Shown piece by piece: positions 40,796 to 51,551 of a stretch of 64,000 bases of DNA. This DNA is from an uncultured Candidatus Saccharibacteria bacterium (lineage in GTDB: Bacteria; Patescibacteriota; Minisyncoccia; Phycocordibacterales; Phycocordibacteraceae). The notes below the pieces were generated by a model. That model searched no databases. It was not told the DNA's origin and was given only the letters and a program-made list of their open reading frames with translations. The position numbers were made by a program, and so were the translations under genes. The stretch lies in contig CAYXYP010000003.1 of the NCBI GenBank assembly GCA_964469405.1, forward strand, positions 2,573-66,572, given 5' to 3'. Within the stretch, counting starts at the first letter, position 1, and the number at the start of each line of letters is the position of its first letter.

Positions 40796-41092
40796 ATGCA
40801 AGATGAAGTAACTGCTCTCATCGCTACCGATCTCGGTATTACAGATCTTCCATCCGAAGAGCAGCATGCCCTCATTGCGCAGTTCGGTGAGATAGCGCTT
40901 AAATCTGCGACTCTTGCGGTGATGGGCAAGCTTGCCGAAGATAAACGAGACGAATTCGCGAAGATTGCCGAAACTGGTGATCCAACAGCACTAAGAGCGT
41001 TTCTCGATCGTGAGGTGCTTGGGCATGAAGATATCGCGAAGGCCGCAGTCGCCGAGGAGGTGAAGCGGTTTAAGGCTTTTCAAGCCCCGTAG
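40796..41092 (+). CDS. Small helical protein (DUF5663-like)
   Basis: DLGITDLPSEEQ pattern; family assignment from memory only. Confidence 0.6.
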   Translation: MQDEVTALIATDLGITDLPSEEQHALIAQFGEIALKSATLAVMGKLAEDKRDEFAKIAETGDPTALRAFLDREVLGHEDIAKAAVAEEVKRFKAFQAP

Positions 41093-41120
41093 TATAATCA
41101 AACTGTAATTATCATAATTT

Positions 41121-41687
41121 ATGCAACCAACTCAGACTGGTATCGCCGTCGCACTTGCTCTTGTCGTGGTGATTATTTTCTTCATTTTCCCTGGTCTCTC
41201 GCCTTTTGGGGCAGCAACCCCACCTTCTTCAGACGAGGTGAACACTGAAATTACTACTGCCGCTGCTACTTCAGCTACTTCAGCTGCTACTGCTGCTACT
41301 ACTAATAATACTCAAACAACATCTACCACTATGCCTACTGAACCCGTAACCCAACTCCAGGTAATCGACGAGACCGTAGGCAGTGGTGCTGTGGCCGCAG
41401 TCGGCGATAGTGTGACAGTGAATTATGTCGGATCACTCACGACGGGTGTCGTCTTTGATGCTTCTGCAAATCACGGCACCACTGGCTTCACTTTTAATCT
41501 TGGAGCAGGACAGGTGATTAAGGGTTGGGATCAAGGTATCGTCGGCATGAAAGAAGGAGGAAAGCGTATACTTATCATTCCTGCATCGCTCGCATATGGC
41601 AGTCAGGCAGTCGGGGGTGTGATTCCAGCGAACTCAACTCTCATCTTTGAAGTACAACTACTCAGTGTAAAAAAAGGAGCTAGGTAG
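41121..41687 (+). CDS. FKBP-type peptidyl-prolyl isomerase, membrane anchored
   Basis: VNYVG, FDAS, QVIKGWDQG, LAYG, IPANSTLIFEV; A/T-rich linker. Confidence 0.93.
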   Translation: MQPTQTGIAVALALVVVIIFFIFPGLSPFGAATPPSSDEVNTEITTAAATSATSAATAATTNNTQTTSTTMPTEPVTQLQVIDETVGSGAVAAVGDSVTVNYVGSLTTGVVFDASANHGTTGFTFNLGAGQVIKGWDQGIVGMKEGGKRILIIPASLAYGSQAVGGVIPANSTLIFEVQLLSVKKGAR

Positions 41688-41703
41688 ATTTCCAAAAAAA
41701 AGT

Positions 41704-41737
41704 AATGGGCAGGAAATCATATGATTTCCTGCCCATT
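41704..41737. terminator. Perfect 34-bp palindrome between convergent genes
   Basis: AATGGGCAGGAAATCATATGATTTCCTGCCCATT. Confidence 0.7.
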
Positions 41738-41741
41738 TCGT

Positions 41742-42281
41742 TTAGTAAGGGCTCTTAAGGAGCACCTGCACTTTGTACGTCGGGAACCGACTGAAGACCT
41801 CTCGGCCACAATTCTCGAAGGTATAAATTTTCCCTCCGAGAGTTAATGCTCCATACGCCCCCCCGAACATTCCTCCTGAAGCTCCAGAGAACATAGCGTA
41901 CTGAGCTGCTTTGGCGAACGGGAAAGCTAGAGAGCCGATTCCACCACCTGCAGCACCAGCGGCACCAAATATGACCGCATCCGTTAATACCGTAACTGAA
42001 TCAAGCGGGTGGACCACTTTGGTGTACTCTCGACAGACCCGCTCAGCTTCTTCGATCGCTGCGAATTGCTTCGCGGCGGGTTGTTTCCCTGCGATCATGT
42101 AGTTTAGGCCGTAGGTGTCTGAATCTATCATCCAATTAGGAAATACCTGATTGTGCGCCACAATAGTGGCTTGTTCACCGTCAGGCATGGTAAGAGGAAT
42201 TAACCTCCGTTCCCCCTGACTCGCACATGCGACGGTCAAGAATGCCATAATCAGTATGGCCGCACCGAATCTCTTGTCCAT
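41742..42281 (-). CDS. Orphan lipoprotein with glycine-zipper-like segment
   Basis: Lipobox-like TVAC, GAAGAAGGGIG..GASGGMFGGAYG; SD AAGGGGG; TTGACA-17-TATCAT. Confidence 0.65.
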   Translation of the reverse strand: MDKRFGAAILIMAFLTVACASQGERRLIPLTMPDGEQATIVAHNQVFPNWMIDSDTYGLNYMIAGKQPAAKQFAAIEEAERVCREYTKVVHPLDSVTVLTDAVIFGAAGAAGGGIGSLAFPFAKAAQYAMFSGASGGMFGGAYGALTLGGKIYTFENCGREVFSRFPTYKVQVLLKSPY

Positions 42282-42399
42282 GACGAACCCCCTTTGTGTT
42301 GGTTTTTTGTGGGCAAATGTATGCAATCTCTCTAGAAGAGATGATACACCATCATTATGGTCTTGTCAATAGCTAGTGGATACGCTATGGTGTGAAGTA

Positions 42400-43647
42400 A
42401 TGAGTGCAATGAGTTTTAAGATAGAAAAGCGGTCGATTGGCTCCCGTGGGGGGACTTCGGAAGGGAAGCATGTCGGTCGTGCAGGGACACTTACTACGCC
42501 CCACGGCGACATTCACACGCCCGCCTTTGCGCCAGTCGGCACAAAAGCAAATGTGAAGGGTGTTCTGCCAAGTGCCCTTACGGCACTTGGGGCCGAAGTT
42601 GTGCTGGCAAACACCTACCACCTTTATCTACAACCGGGTGAAAAAATTGTGAAAGATGCCGGAGGTCTCGGTAAATTTATGGGATGGAAGGGTCCCACCA
42701 TGACCGATTCGGGGGGTTTTCAAGTCTTCTCGCTTGGCGCCGCCTTTGGTAAAACCATATCGAAGTTCGTGAAAGAGGATGCTCCCGAAGTTGAGTCGAT
42801 CGCGGTGTACGACGAAGGCGTCGCGAGTCAGCACGGGCAGCTCGCGGTCATCGACGATGAGGGCGTTTCATTTACATCACATCTCGACGGTTCTCTTCAT
42901 CGATTTACTCCCGAACGTTCGGTTGAGATACAGCATGCACTTGGTGCGGATATCTTCTTTGCGTTTGACGAGTGTACGTCGCCGACGGAGCCATACGAGT
43001 ACCAGAAGGAAGCGATGGATCGCACGCATCGCTGGGCGGAGCGGTCTCTTAAAGCTCATCGACAGAATATTGATGCCGTAGGAACGCAGGCACTTTTTGG
43101 TATTGTGCAGGGTGGTCGGCACGAGGACTTACGTAAAGAATCTGCACGCGAAATCGTTCGTTTGGGTTTCGATGGCATCGGCATCGGCGGCTCATTTTCG
43201 AAAGAAGATATGCGTGGCGCTCTTGCTGCCGCTATGAGCGAACTGCCGGAAGAATTGCCACGACATTTCCTTGGCATCGGCGAACCGGGAGATATTCTTG
43301 AGGGTATTGCAGGCGGTATGGACCTTTTTGATTGTGTCGCTGCGACGAGGATTGGTCGCCATGGTTCTATCTATACAAAGCGCGGCGTTGTGCATCTCAA
43401 GAACGAAAAATATCGTACGGAGTTTTCTCCACTTGATCCGGAAATGAGCATCAAGGGCACGGAACCATTCACTCGGGCGTACGTGTCGCATCTATTGCGG
43501 AGTGGAGAGATGCTTGGCGCCGTCATCGCATCAACGCATAATGTCGGTTTCATTCTGAACCTCATCGCAGGTGCCCGCGAAGCGATACTTGAGGGACGAT
43601 TCAATGAATATCGTGCGGAGTTTACCGAGAAGTATCGAGGATATTGA
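42400..43647 (+). CDS. tgt: tRNA-guanine transglycosylase
   Basis: TPAFAPVGT, LANTYHL, TDSGGFQVFSL, GIVQGG, DLFDCV. Confidence 0.95.
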   Translation: MSAMSFKIEKRSIGSRGGTSEGKHVGRAGTLTTPHGDIHTPAFAPVGTKANVKGVLPSALTALGAEVVLANTYHLYLQPGEKIVKDAGGLGKFMGWKGPTMTDSGGFQVFSLGAAFGKTISKFVKEDAPEVESIAVYDEGVASQHGQLAVIDDEGVSFTSHLDGSLHRFTPERSVEIQHALGADIFFAFDECTSPTEPYEYQKEAMDRTHRWAERSLKAHRQNIDAVGTQALFGIVQGGRHEDLRKESAREIVRLGFDGIGIGGSFSKEDMRGALAAAMSELPEELPRHFLGIGEPGDILEGIAGGMDLFDCVAATRIGRHGSIYTKRGVVHLKNEKYRTEFSPLDPEMSIKGTEPFTRAYVSHLLRSGEMLGAVIASTHNVGFILNLIAGAREAILEGRFNEYRAEFTEKYRGY

Positions 43648-43733
43648 CACAGTAACGTTGGAATGTTTTCATCCGGATGGGAGTCCAGGTTCTTTTCTCA
43701 ACCGTACAAGACCATATGTAACTGGAGGGAATC

Positions 43734-44273
43734 ATGAACGCATTAATCACTGTCGTCGTTGTTCTGGCTTCTCTGTTCCCAGTTCACTCGTTTGCGGCTA
43801 TTACCTATCCTCATATTGATCCGCTGCGAAGCATCACTCCCACATTCAATGTCTCACCCGTCAGTCCGGAGCTTAGTGGCGACGCATTCATACGTCTGCG
43901 TGAATACACGCTCACTTTCTTCGTGTCATCGACCATTGGACCCAATGCCGCCAGGCTTCTCGGACTAGAAGTAACCGGCTTAAGCATACCGGCGAAATAT
44001 GTGTCTTCCGTGCTTCCCGATGGCGAGTGTTATTTTATCGTGAGTTTGAAGCCAGACACCGATGATATCGTTATCATCGAGATGAGGGAAAGTGCATCTC
44101 CCATCATGTACCTGACGAATTCTAAGGTCGAGTTGCGTGCGGCGCTTGTCAATCAGCCTGGCCGTCCTCACTTGATCACCATCGAACAGGCAATAGTCGG
44201 CTTCAGAGTTCTTCTTGAATTCTGGACCGAGGCGGCCAAAACTCTTCCGTCAAATGAGCCGCTTCCCAAGTAG
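43734..44273 (+). CDS. Orphan secreted protein
   Basis: GGAGG SD, signal peptide SFA, terminator at 44294-44320. Confidence 0.65.
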   Translation: MNALITVVVVLASLFPVHSFAAITYPHIDPLRSITPTFNVSPVSPELSGDAFIRLREYTLTFFVSSTIGPNAARLLGLEVTGLSIPAKYVSSVLPDGECYFIVSLKPDTDDIVIIEMRESASPIMYLTNSKVELRAALVNQPGRPHLITIEQAIVGFRVLLEFWTEAAKTLPSNEPLPK

Positions 44274-44364
44274 TGTAGCCCGACTCAATAAACCGCGAGC
44301 AGGTTAAAAACCTGCTCGCGTCTTCATTTCTATAGAAACACGCAAAATGCTACACTGCACTTTT

Positions 44365-46398
44365 ATGAGCAATTTCAAACTCCATACACCATTTCCTCCG
44401 GCGGGCGATCAGCCGCAGGCGATAAATAACCTTGGAAAAGGGCTTGAGAAGGGTCTGTGGCATCAGACGCTTTTCGGCGTCACCGGAAGCGGAAAAACAT
44501 TTACGGTGGCGAATGTGATTGCGAAATACGATAGGCCTACACTTGTCCTCGCGCACAACAAAACACTTGCTGCCCAGCTCGCACAGGAATATCGCGAATT
44601 CTTTCCCGAGAACGCGGTACATTACTTCGTTTCGTATTACGACTACTATCAGCCGGAGGCATATATCGCGCATTCGGATACCTATATTGAGAAGGAGGCG
44701 ATGATTAATGCCGAGATTGACCGCCTGCGTCACGCTGCGACACAAGCGCTCCTTACGAGAAAAGACGTCATTATTGTCGCCTCGGTCTCCGCTATCTACG
44801 GCCTTGGTTCTCCCGAGGAATATGAAAAAGTTCACGTGAAGATTGAGAAGGGTACTGTTGAGGATCGTGCGGCGTTGATTCGGAAGCTCATCGGCATTTA
44901 TTTTGAACGGACAATTGCTGACCTTAATCCCGGACAACTACGCGCTATTGGCAACTCGCTCGAGTTCATGCCGGTTAACGAGCGTTCGATTTACCGCATT
45001 ACGTTTGACGGAGATGTAGTAGCGACGTTGGATCAACTCGATCCAGTTTCGCGCGCAAGAATTGCGGAACCGAAATCTGTTTTTGTATTCCCAGCGAAAC
45101 ACTTCGTCACGAATGAGGAAGAGCGTTTGCGCGCTATTGAAGACATCAAGCTTGAGCTTGCGGAACAACTCGCAAAATTTAAACGCGAAGAGAAGCCACT
45201 TGAAGCTGAGCGCTTGAAGCGCCGCACGCTCCACGACATCGCGCTCATTCGCGAGCTCGGGTACACGAGCGGTATTGAGAATTACTCTCGCCACTTCGAT
45301 GGGCGTAGTCCGGGCGAGCCTCCCTACACGCTCCTTTCGTATTTTCCGAAAGATTTTCTTACGGTCATTGATGAGTCGCATGTCACAGTCCCACAGATAG
45401 GCGGTATGTACGCGGGGGATAAATCGAGGAAAGATACGCTTGTCGAATACGGCTTCCGTCTCCCATCGGCACGCGATAATCGCCCACTCCGGTTTGAAGA
45501 GTTTGAACAGCGCACAGGGCAGGTCATTTATACGAGCGCAACGCCGGGGCCGTATGAACGTGAGCACTCCGAACAAGTCGTCGAACAAATAATTCGCCCG
45601 ACGGGTCTTATTGATCCCGAGCTTACGGTGCGTGCGGTGAGCGAGACGAAGGGTTACAAGGGGCAAATCGCCGATTTTATCAACGAAACAGAGGTAGTCA
45701 TAAAGCGTGGTGGGCGTGTCCTTGCAACGACACTTACCAAGCAGATGGCCGAAGACCTCTCATCATTCTTGCGTGAGAAGGGGATTAAGGCCGAATACCT
45801 CCATTCAGATGTAAAAACTATAGACCGTATCGATATTCTCACCAATTTCCGTAAAGGAATATTTGATATCTTGGTTGGCGTGAATCTCTTGCGCGAGGGT
45901 CTCGACTTACCCGAAGTGGAGCTCGTTGGCATTTTGGACGCCGATAAAGAGGGATTCCTTCGCAGCGAGACATCACTCATTCAGACTATCGGTCGTGCGG
46001 CGCGCAATGTCCTCGGCCGAGTCATTCTCTATGCCGACACGATGACCGGTTCTCTCGATCGAGCTATCAGCGAAACGAATCGCCGTCGCGCGCTCCAGGT
46101 TGCGTACAATGAGAAGCACGGCATTACACCGATGACAATCAAGAAAGAAATTCATGACATTGCAGCGTCGATGCGCACGGAACACCAGCGGACTATTGAC
46201 GAGCTTTTGGTGCTCGATACGCTTGCGTATAAAGACGATCCCGCCGTGTTCATCAAACGCAAACGAGAGGAAATGGCAGAGGCAGTAGAGCAACTTGATT
46301 TCGAGACCGCTGCACTCATTCGCGACGAGCTCTACAAACTGGAAGGGAATGGACCGAAAAAGAAACCACGCGCGCGAAAGGCGCTTTCGGGTTCCTAA
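44365..46398 (+). CDS. uvrB: Excinuclease ABC subunit B
   Basis: PAGDQP, GVTGSGKT, YYDYYQPEAY, DESH, NLLREGLD. Confidence 0.97.
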   Translation: MSNFKLHTPFPPAGDQPQAINNLGKGLEKGLWHQTLFGVTGSGKTFTVANVIAKYDRPTLVLAHNKTLAAQLAQEYREFFPENAVHYFVSYYDYYQPEAYIAHSDTYIEKEAMINAEIDRLRHAATQALLTRKDVIIVASVSAIYGLGSPEEYEKVHVKIEKGTVEDRAALIRKLIGIYFERTIADLNPGQLRAIGNSLEFMPVNERSIYRITFDGDVVATLDQLDPVSRARIAEPKSVFVFPAKHFVTNEEERLRAIEDIKLELAEQLAKFKREEKPLEAERLKRRTLHDIALIRELGYTSGIENYSRHFDGRSPGEPPYTLLSYFPKDFLTVIDESHVTVPQIGGMYAGDKSRKDTLVEYGFRLPSARDNRPLRFEEFEQRTGQVIYTSATPGPYEREHSEQVVEQIIRPTGLIDPELTVRAVSETKGYKGQIADFINETEVVIKRGGRVLATTLTKQMAEDLSSFLREKGIKAEYLHSDVKTIDRIDILTNFRKGIFDILVGVNLLREGLDLPEVELVGILDADKEGFLRSETSLIQTIGRAARNVLGRVILYADTMTGSLDRAISETNRRRALQVAYNEKHGITPMTIKKEIHDIAASMRTEHQRTIDELLVLDTLAYKDDPAVFIKRKREEMAEAVEQLDFETAALIRDELYKLEGNGPKKKPRARKALSGS

Positions 46399-46533
46399 GC
46401 TGTAGGAACAGCTTCCTCCCCACGCTTACCTCAGATGAATACATAAGTAATGTATTCATCGCTCGGTTCGCTTGGTAGAAGCAGAAGTGGTATATTCACA
46501 ACGTACCTGCCCCTCCATGGGCAGGAAATTCCT

Positions 46534-49206
46534 ATGAAGAAGGCAAAATCTGAAGAGCGTGCACATCGTCACGGGAGCGACTGGCTCACGGTGAAAGGTG
46601 CGCGCACCCATAATCTCAAGAACATCTCGGTTGAAATGCCGCGTGGGGCCATGACGGTTATTACCGGACTTTCAGGAAGCGGGAAATCCTCGCTCGCATT
46701 TGACACCATCTTTGCCGAAGGGCAGCGACGGTATGTTGAGTCACTTTCCGCGTATGCACGACAATTTCTCAATCAGATGGCGAAGCCGGATGTCGATGAG
46801 ATCACCGGTCTTTCCCCAGCTATTTCGATAGATCAGAAGAGTCGGTCGAATAATCCGCGCTCGACCGTAGCGACAGTCACCGAAATTTACGATTACTTGC
46901 GTGTTCTTTATGCACGCGCTGGGCAGCCCTATTGTATTCATCACGATGTGCCCATTGTGAGACTTTCAAAAGAAGAGATGATCAAGATGGTATTTTCGCG
47001 CGTAGATGCGAAACGCAAAGGAACGGATGTATCCCGCAATGGTGCGTCCGAAGGGACGCAGGTCATGGGTGTAGCGGTGGATAAGACCGCAGTTACTATC
47101 TATGCTCCTGTCGTTGTCGGTAGGAAGGGCGAGTACTACCAGCTGCTCTATGATCTTCTCAGTAAGGGATATGAAAAAGTGGTTATCGATGGGAAATCAC
47201 AATCGCTCCGCGAGAAGATCGTGCTTGATCGGAACAAACGGCATAGTATTGATGCGGTTGTGGACTCTATCTATGTTTCTGAATTTGCACGCACAACCGC
47301 GGGCGCTCGCGAGCGACTCTCGGAAGCTCTCGAGCTCGCGCTCAAACAGGCAGACGGTTTAGTGAAGATCCAGCATGCCGATGGAACGATGGAAACCCTT
47401 TCCTCGAAATTTATTTGTCCAGACGATGGTGCGTCTTTCCCTGAAGTAGAGCCACGATTGTTCTCTTTTAATTCGCCCTACGGTGCGTGTCCAGCGTGTC
47501 ATGGTCTTGGCACCGAGTCCCTTTTTTCAGAAGAAATTTGCCCCGTATGTGTTGGGAAGCGGTTGCGCCCTGAAGCGTTGCGGGTATTTCTAAAAAGTAA
47601 AAAAGATAAGACGCTCGGCAAAAGTATCGTTGATTTCACTAATTTTTCTATCAAGGAGGCGAAGGATTTTGTTGATTCTATTGAGCTTTCGGAAATGAAG
47701 AAGGATATCGCGGCGCCCATTCTGAAAGAAATCGATAGTCGTCTAACCTTCATGCTGAATGTTGGCCTTGATTATCTGACTCTCAATCGTTCAGCGGCGA
47801 CTCTCTCGGGTGGGGAAGCGCAGCGTATCCGACTTGCTTCACAGCTCGGCAGCGGACTTACCGGTGCGCTCTATGTGCTCGACGAACCCACCATCGGACT
47901 TCATCAGCGCGACAATGATCGTCTCATCAAAACTCTCCTTGTCCTTAAGGAGCTTGGTAATACGATCATAGTCGTCGAACATGATGAAGACACTATTTAC
48001 TCTGCTGATTACATTATCGATATCGGTCCAGGCGCCGGTGTCCATGGTGGTACTGTTGTCGCCTCTGGATGGCTGGATAAATTGCTGACCTCGAAAGAGA
48101 ATGAGAGTGGTTCCGTAACTCTTTCGTATCTCCGGCAAGAGAAAGAGATATCAATACCTGAAACCCGTCGTACGAGCGAGAAGGGCTATATAAAAGTGCG
48201 TGGCGCAACGCTCCATAACCTGACAAATCAGAATATCGACGTGCCATTGGGGAAACTCGTCTGCATCACGGGTGTTTCAGGAAGCGGGAAATCAACTTTT
48301 CTGTACGATATATTACATCGCAATATCGCCGGTCGGTTTGCACGCCGCGAAGCGAAGCTCGAGCATATTTCGTCACTCACCGGCACAGAATACGTGGGCC
48401 GTGCTGTTCTTATCGATCAATCGCCCATCGGGCGTACGCCACGCTCTAACCCAGCCACGTATACCGGGGCTTTCACGCACATACGCGATCTCTTCGCTGC
48501 AACTCCTGAAGCACGCGCGCGGGGATGGAAGCCGGGACGTTTTTCCTTTAATGTTCCCGGTGGTCGTTGTGAAGCATGTCAAGGAAATGGTTCTATCGCG
48601 GTCGAGATGCACTTCCTTCCGACGGTATATGTGACGTGCGACATTTGTATGGGGAAACGTTTTATGAAAGAAACGCTCGAGGTTACCTTTCGAGGTAAGA
48701 CCATTCACGAAGTGCTTCAGATGACTATTGAAGAGGCGGAGAAATTTTTCGGCGATATTCCTGCCATTGCCGACCGTTTGATGAGTTTGAATTCGACTGG
48801 GCTCGAATATCTGACGCTTGGACAAAGCGCGACAACCCTTTCCGGTGGAGAAGCACAGCGCGTGAAAATCGCGAGTGAGCTCTATCGCTCGATGACGATG
48901 AAAACGATTTATCTCCTTGATGAGCCGACAGTCGGTCTTCATTACGAGGATGTACGGAAGCTCATCGAAATTCTGCAGGAGCTCGTGCTTCGCGGGAATA
49001 CGGTTGTCGTCATTGAGCACAATCTTGATGTGATCAAGAGTTCTGACTACATTATCGACTTTGGTCCCGAGGGTGGTACTGGCGGCGGGAAAATAATTGC
49101 GAAAGGCACTCCGGAAGAAGTCGCAGAGACAGAAGGTTCTTACACGGGCGAGTATCTAGCGAAAGCATTGCGACGCCATGCAAAAAAGCGATCTACAAAA
49201 ACTTAA
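46534..49206 (+). CDS. uvrA: Excinuclease ABC subunit A
   Basis: [16 protein letters not shown] twice, [13 protein letters not shown] twice. Confidence 0.97.
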   Translation: MKKAKSEERAHRHGSDWLTVKGARTHNLKNISVEMPRGAMTVITGLSGSGKSSLAFDTIFAEGQRRYVESLSAYARQFLNQMAKPDVDEITGLSPAISIDQKSRSNNPRSTVATVTEIYDYLRVLYARAGQPYCIHHDVPIVRLSKEEMIKMVFSRVDAKRKGTDVSRNGASEGTQVMGVAVDKTAVTIYAPVVVGRKGEYYQLLYDLLSKGYEKVVIDGKSQSLREKIVLDRNKRHSIDAVVDSIYVSEFARTTAGARERLSEALELALKQADGLVKIQHADGTMETLSSKFICPDDGASFPEVEPRLFSFNSPYGACPACHGLGTESLFSEEICPVCVGKRLRPEALRVFLKSKKDKTLGKSIVDFTNFSIKEAKDFVDSIELSEMKKDIAAPILKEIDSRLTFMLNVGLDYLTLNRSAATLSGGEAQRIRLASQLGSGLTGALYVLDEPTIGLHQRDNDRLIKTLLVLKELGNTIIVVEHDEDTIYSADYIIDIGPGAGVHGGTVVASGWLDKLLTSKENESGSVTLSYLRQEKEISIPETRRTSEKGYIKVRGATLHNLTNQNIDVPLGKLVCITGVSGSGKSTFLYDILHRNIAGRFARREAKLEHISSLTGTEYVGRAVLIDQSPIGRTPRSNPATYTGAFTHIRDLFAATPEARARGWKPGRFSFNVPGGRCEACQGNGSIAVEMHFLPTVYVTCDICMGKRFMKETLEVTFRGKTIHEVLQMTIEEAEKFFGDIPAIADRLMSLNSTGLEYLTLGQSATTLSGGEAQRVKIASELYRSMTMKTIYLLDEPTVGLHYEDVRKLIEILQELVLRGNTVVVIEHNLDVIKSSDYIIDFGPEGGTGGGKIIAKGTPEEVAETEGSYTGEYLAKALRRHAKKRSTKT

Positions 49207-50452
49207 TTTGCCGGACGTACCGGGGGTCTATCTCTTTAAACAGGGAAGAAAAGTGTTGTACGTGGGGAAGGCGACCAGCCTTCGGGATCGTGTCCGTTCA
49301 TATTTCGACGATGATCTGATCGCAACACGTGGCCCGCGCTTGGTTGATATGGTGACACGAGCCGATCGAATCACTCACGAGACGACACCGACGGTGCTTG
49401 AGGCTCTGGTGCGCGAGGCTGCTCTTATACGGCTGCATCGGCCACCAGCAAACAGTGGAGGGAAGGATGATAAGACATTTCTGTATGCCGTCATTACGGA
49501 AGAGGAGATTCCTCGAGTTCTCGTTGCACGGGGAAAAGATATTGATTTCAAAACAAAATGCGCGAGCGATGGGCAAAAAATAAAAGCATCGTATGGCCCC
49601 TTTCCATCGGGTGCACAGCTGCGGCAAGGTCTGCGGCTTATACGACGCATCTTTCCATTTTTCGACACGCCGAAACCGATCGGGACGAAGAGTAAGCATC
49701 AGGTGGCAAAAATAGAATTCAATACGCAGATTAAGCAGTATCCAAGGGAGTTTTCAGTAAAGGCGTATGGCCGCACGATACGTCACGTCATGCTTTTCTT
49801 AAGCGGTCGCGGGAAGGAATTGCGCTTGACGCTAGAGAAAGAGATGCGACAGGCCGCCAAAGAAGAACGGTTTGAAGATGCGGGAGATCGACGCCGCGAA
49901 CTTTTCGCGCTCGATCATATACAAGACGTCTCGCTTATCAAGAACGAAAGTATCGAAGACTCGCGAGGGAAACATGGAAGTATTCGTATCGAAGCATTTG
50001 ACACCGCTCATCTTTCGGGAACGAACGCAATCGGAGTGATGACCGTCATCGTCGGTGGTATACCGAGTAAAAAGGACTACAGGACCTTCCGTATCCGTGG
50101 CATGAAGAAAAATGTAGGACGTCGTACGTCCTACATTCAAAATGATGATATTGCTTCGTTAAAAGAGGTTCTTTCGCGACGGCTTGGGCACCCAGAGTGG
50201 CAGTTGCCCTCCGCGATAGTAGTAGATGGCGGTACGACGCATAAAAAAGCTGCAGAGAATGTACTCGCTAATGCGGGCGTCACCATCCCTATAGTTGCAG
50301 TAGTGAAAGACGAGCGACATCGCCCGCGCGAAGTCATTGGTGCCCAGCGCGCGAGTATCACGGAAGCGGAAGCGGTGTTGGCCAATAGTGAAGCGCATCG
50401 ATTCTCTCTTGCACGTCATCGTGCGGCGCGTTCTCGAAATATGCGTGACTAA
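49178..50452 (+). CDS. uvrC: Excinuclease ABC subunit C, short form without HhH tail
   Basis: GIY-YIG (PGVY..YVGKA..LRDRV), UVR coil, RIEAFDTAH, VVDGG, EAHRF. Confidence 0.9.
   Translation: MQKSDLQKLNLPDVPGVYLFKQGRKVLYVGKATSLRDRVRSYFDDDLIATRGPRLVDMVTRADRITHETTPTVLEALVREAALIRLHRPPANSGGKDDKTFLYAVITEEEIPRVLVARGKDIDFKTKCASDGQKIKASYGPFPSGAQLRQGLRLIRRIFPFFDTPKPIGTKSKHQVAKIEFNTQIKQYPREFSVKAYGRTIRHVMLFLSGRGKELRLTLEKEMRQAAKEERFEDAGDRRRELFALDHIQDVSLIKNESIEDSRGKHGSIRIEAFDTAHLSGTNAIGVMTVIVGGIPSKKDYRTFRIRGMKKNVGRRTSYIQNDDIASLKEVLSRRLGHPEWQLPSAIVVDGGTTHKKAAENVLANAGVTIPIVAVVKDERHRPREVIGAQRASITEAEAVLANSEAHRFSLARHRAARSRNMRD
50111..50137. repeat. 27-bp palindrome in-frame inside uvrC
   Basis: AATGTAGGACGT-CGT-ACGTCCTACATT; core 24/25 identical to 1188-1212. 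Confidence 0.9.
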
Positions 50453-50489
50453 GTAGATATTATTGTCTCGTGTTTGTTATACTAATCGT

Positions 50490-51452
50490 ATGCAAACCAT
50501 TGTCGGTGTGCTTAGAGGAGGGCCATCTTGCGAGCATGAAGTTTCGCTGAAAACAGGTGCCGCAATTCTTGCGAATCTTCCAAGCGATCGATACGTTGCT
50601 CGCGATATTTATATTGATAAAAGTGGTCAGTGGCATGAGCGCGGCAAACCGACTTCTCCCGAGCGTGTATTGCGACAGATTGATGTCGCGCTCATCGGGC
50701 TCCATGGCGAATACGGAGAAGATGGGGAAGTGCAGAGACTCCTCGAATTGTTTGGTGTCCCTTATGCTGGCTCGGATTCTTTCGGTTCTTATCTTGCGAT
50801 GCATAAGCTCATGGCGAAGACTCGTGCGAAAGAGGCGGGATTACTCACGCCGGAGTTCCGTCATATTGAGCGCGTTGAGGATAGTGAGGCTATAGTGCGC
50901 GATGTCATCCAAAATTTTTCCCAGCCCGTTATCGTGAAGCCTGTTGGTTGGGGTTCTTCCGTAGGCGTCTCGGTTGTCGGCGGCTACGTCCCAGTGCTTG
51001 CCGCTGTTGAAGAGCTTTTTGCTAAAGGTGCATCGAATGTCCTCATCGAGGAATATATTCGCGGGAAGGAAGCAACCGTTGGTGTTGTTGAAGGTCTGCG
51101 AGGCGAGGCGCTGTATGCACTCCCTTCGGTCGAGGTTATTCCGCCTGAAGGAGATATTCTATCTTACGGCGCTAAGTATTCAGGCAAAATGCGTCAAGCC
51201 TGTCCCGGCCATTTTTCCCGTGTAGCTGCGGAGGAATTGCAGCGTGCTGCAAAGGTTATGCATCGTGCTTTGGGACTGCGCCACTATTCGCGTAGCGATT
51301 TTATCGTTTCCCCAAAGGGTGTGTATTATTTAGAGACTAATACGCTCCCGGGACTTATGAAAGAGTCGCTTATGCCGAGGTCTCTCTCAGCTGTCGGTGT
51401 CCCGTTTCCCGACTTCTTAGGGCATCTGGTCAATTTGGCGCGCTCGCGCTAA
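50490..51452 (+). CDS. ddl: D-alanine--D-alanine ligase
   Basis: GGPSCEHEVSL, LHGEYGEDG, GSSVG, LETNTLPG. Confidence 0.93.
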   Translation: MQTIVGVLRGGPSCEHEVSLKTGAAILANLPSDRYVARDIYIDKSGQWHERGKPTSPERVLRQIDVALIGLHGEYGEDGEVQRLLELFGVPYAGSDSFGSYLAMHKLMAKTRAKEAGLLTPEFRHIERVEDSEAIVRDVIQNFSQPVIVKPVGWGSSVGVSVVGGYVPVLAAVEELFAKGASNVLIEEYIRGKEATVGVVEGLRGEALYALPSVEVIPPEGDILSYGAKYSGKMRQACPGHFSRVAAEELQRAAKVMHRALGLRHYSRSDFIVSPKGVYYLETNTLPGLMKESLMPRSLSAVGVPFPDFLGHLVNLARSR

Positions 51453-51551
51453 AATCGATAGAAGGGCACTCATATCGATTTCTTGCACCGATATGATATC
51501 CTCGCACGGAGGGAAAGAAATCGAGGGTCCTCGTTTCTCTCGTCCTCGCTC

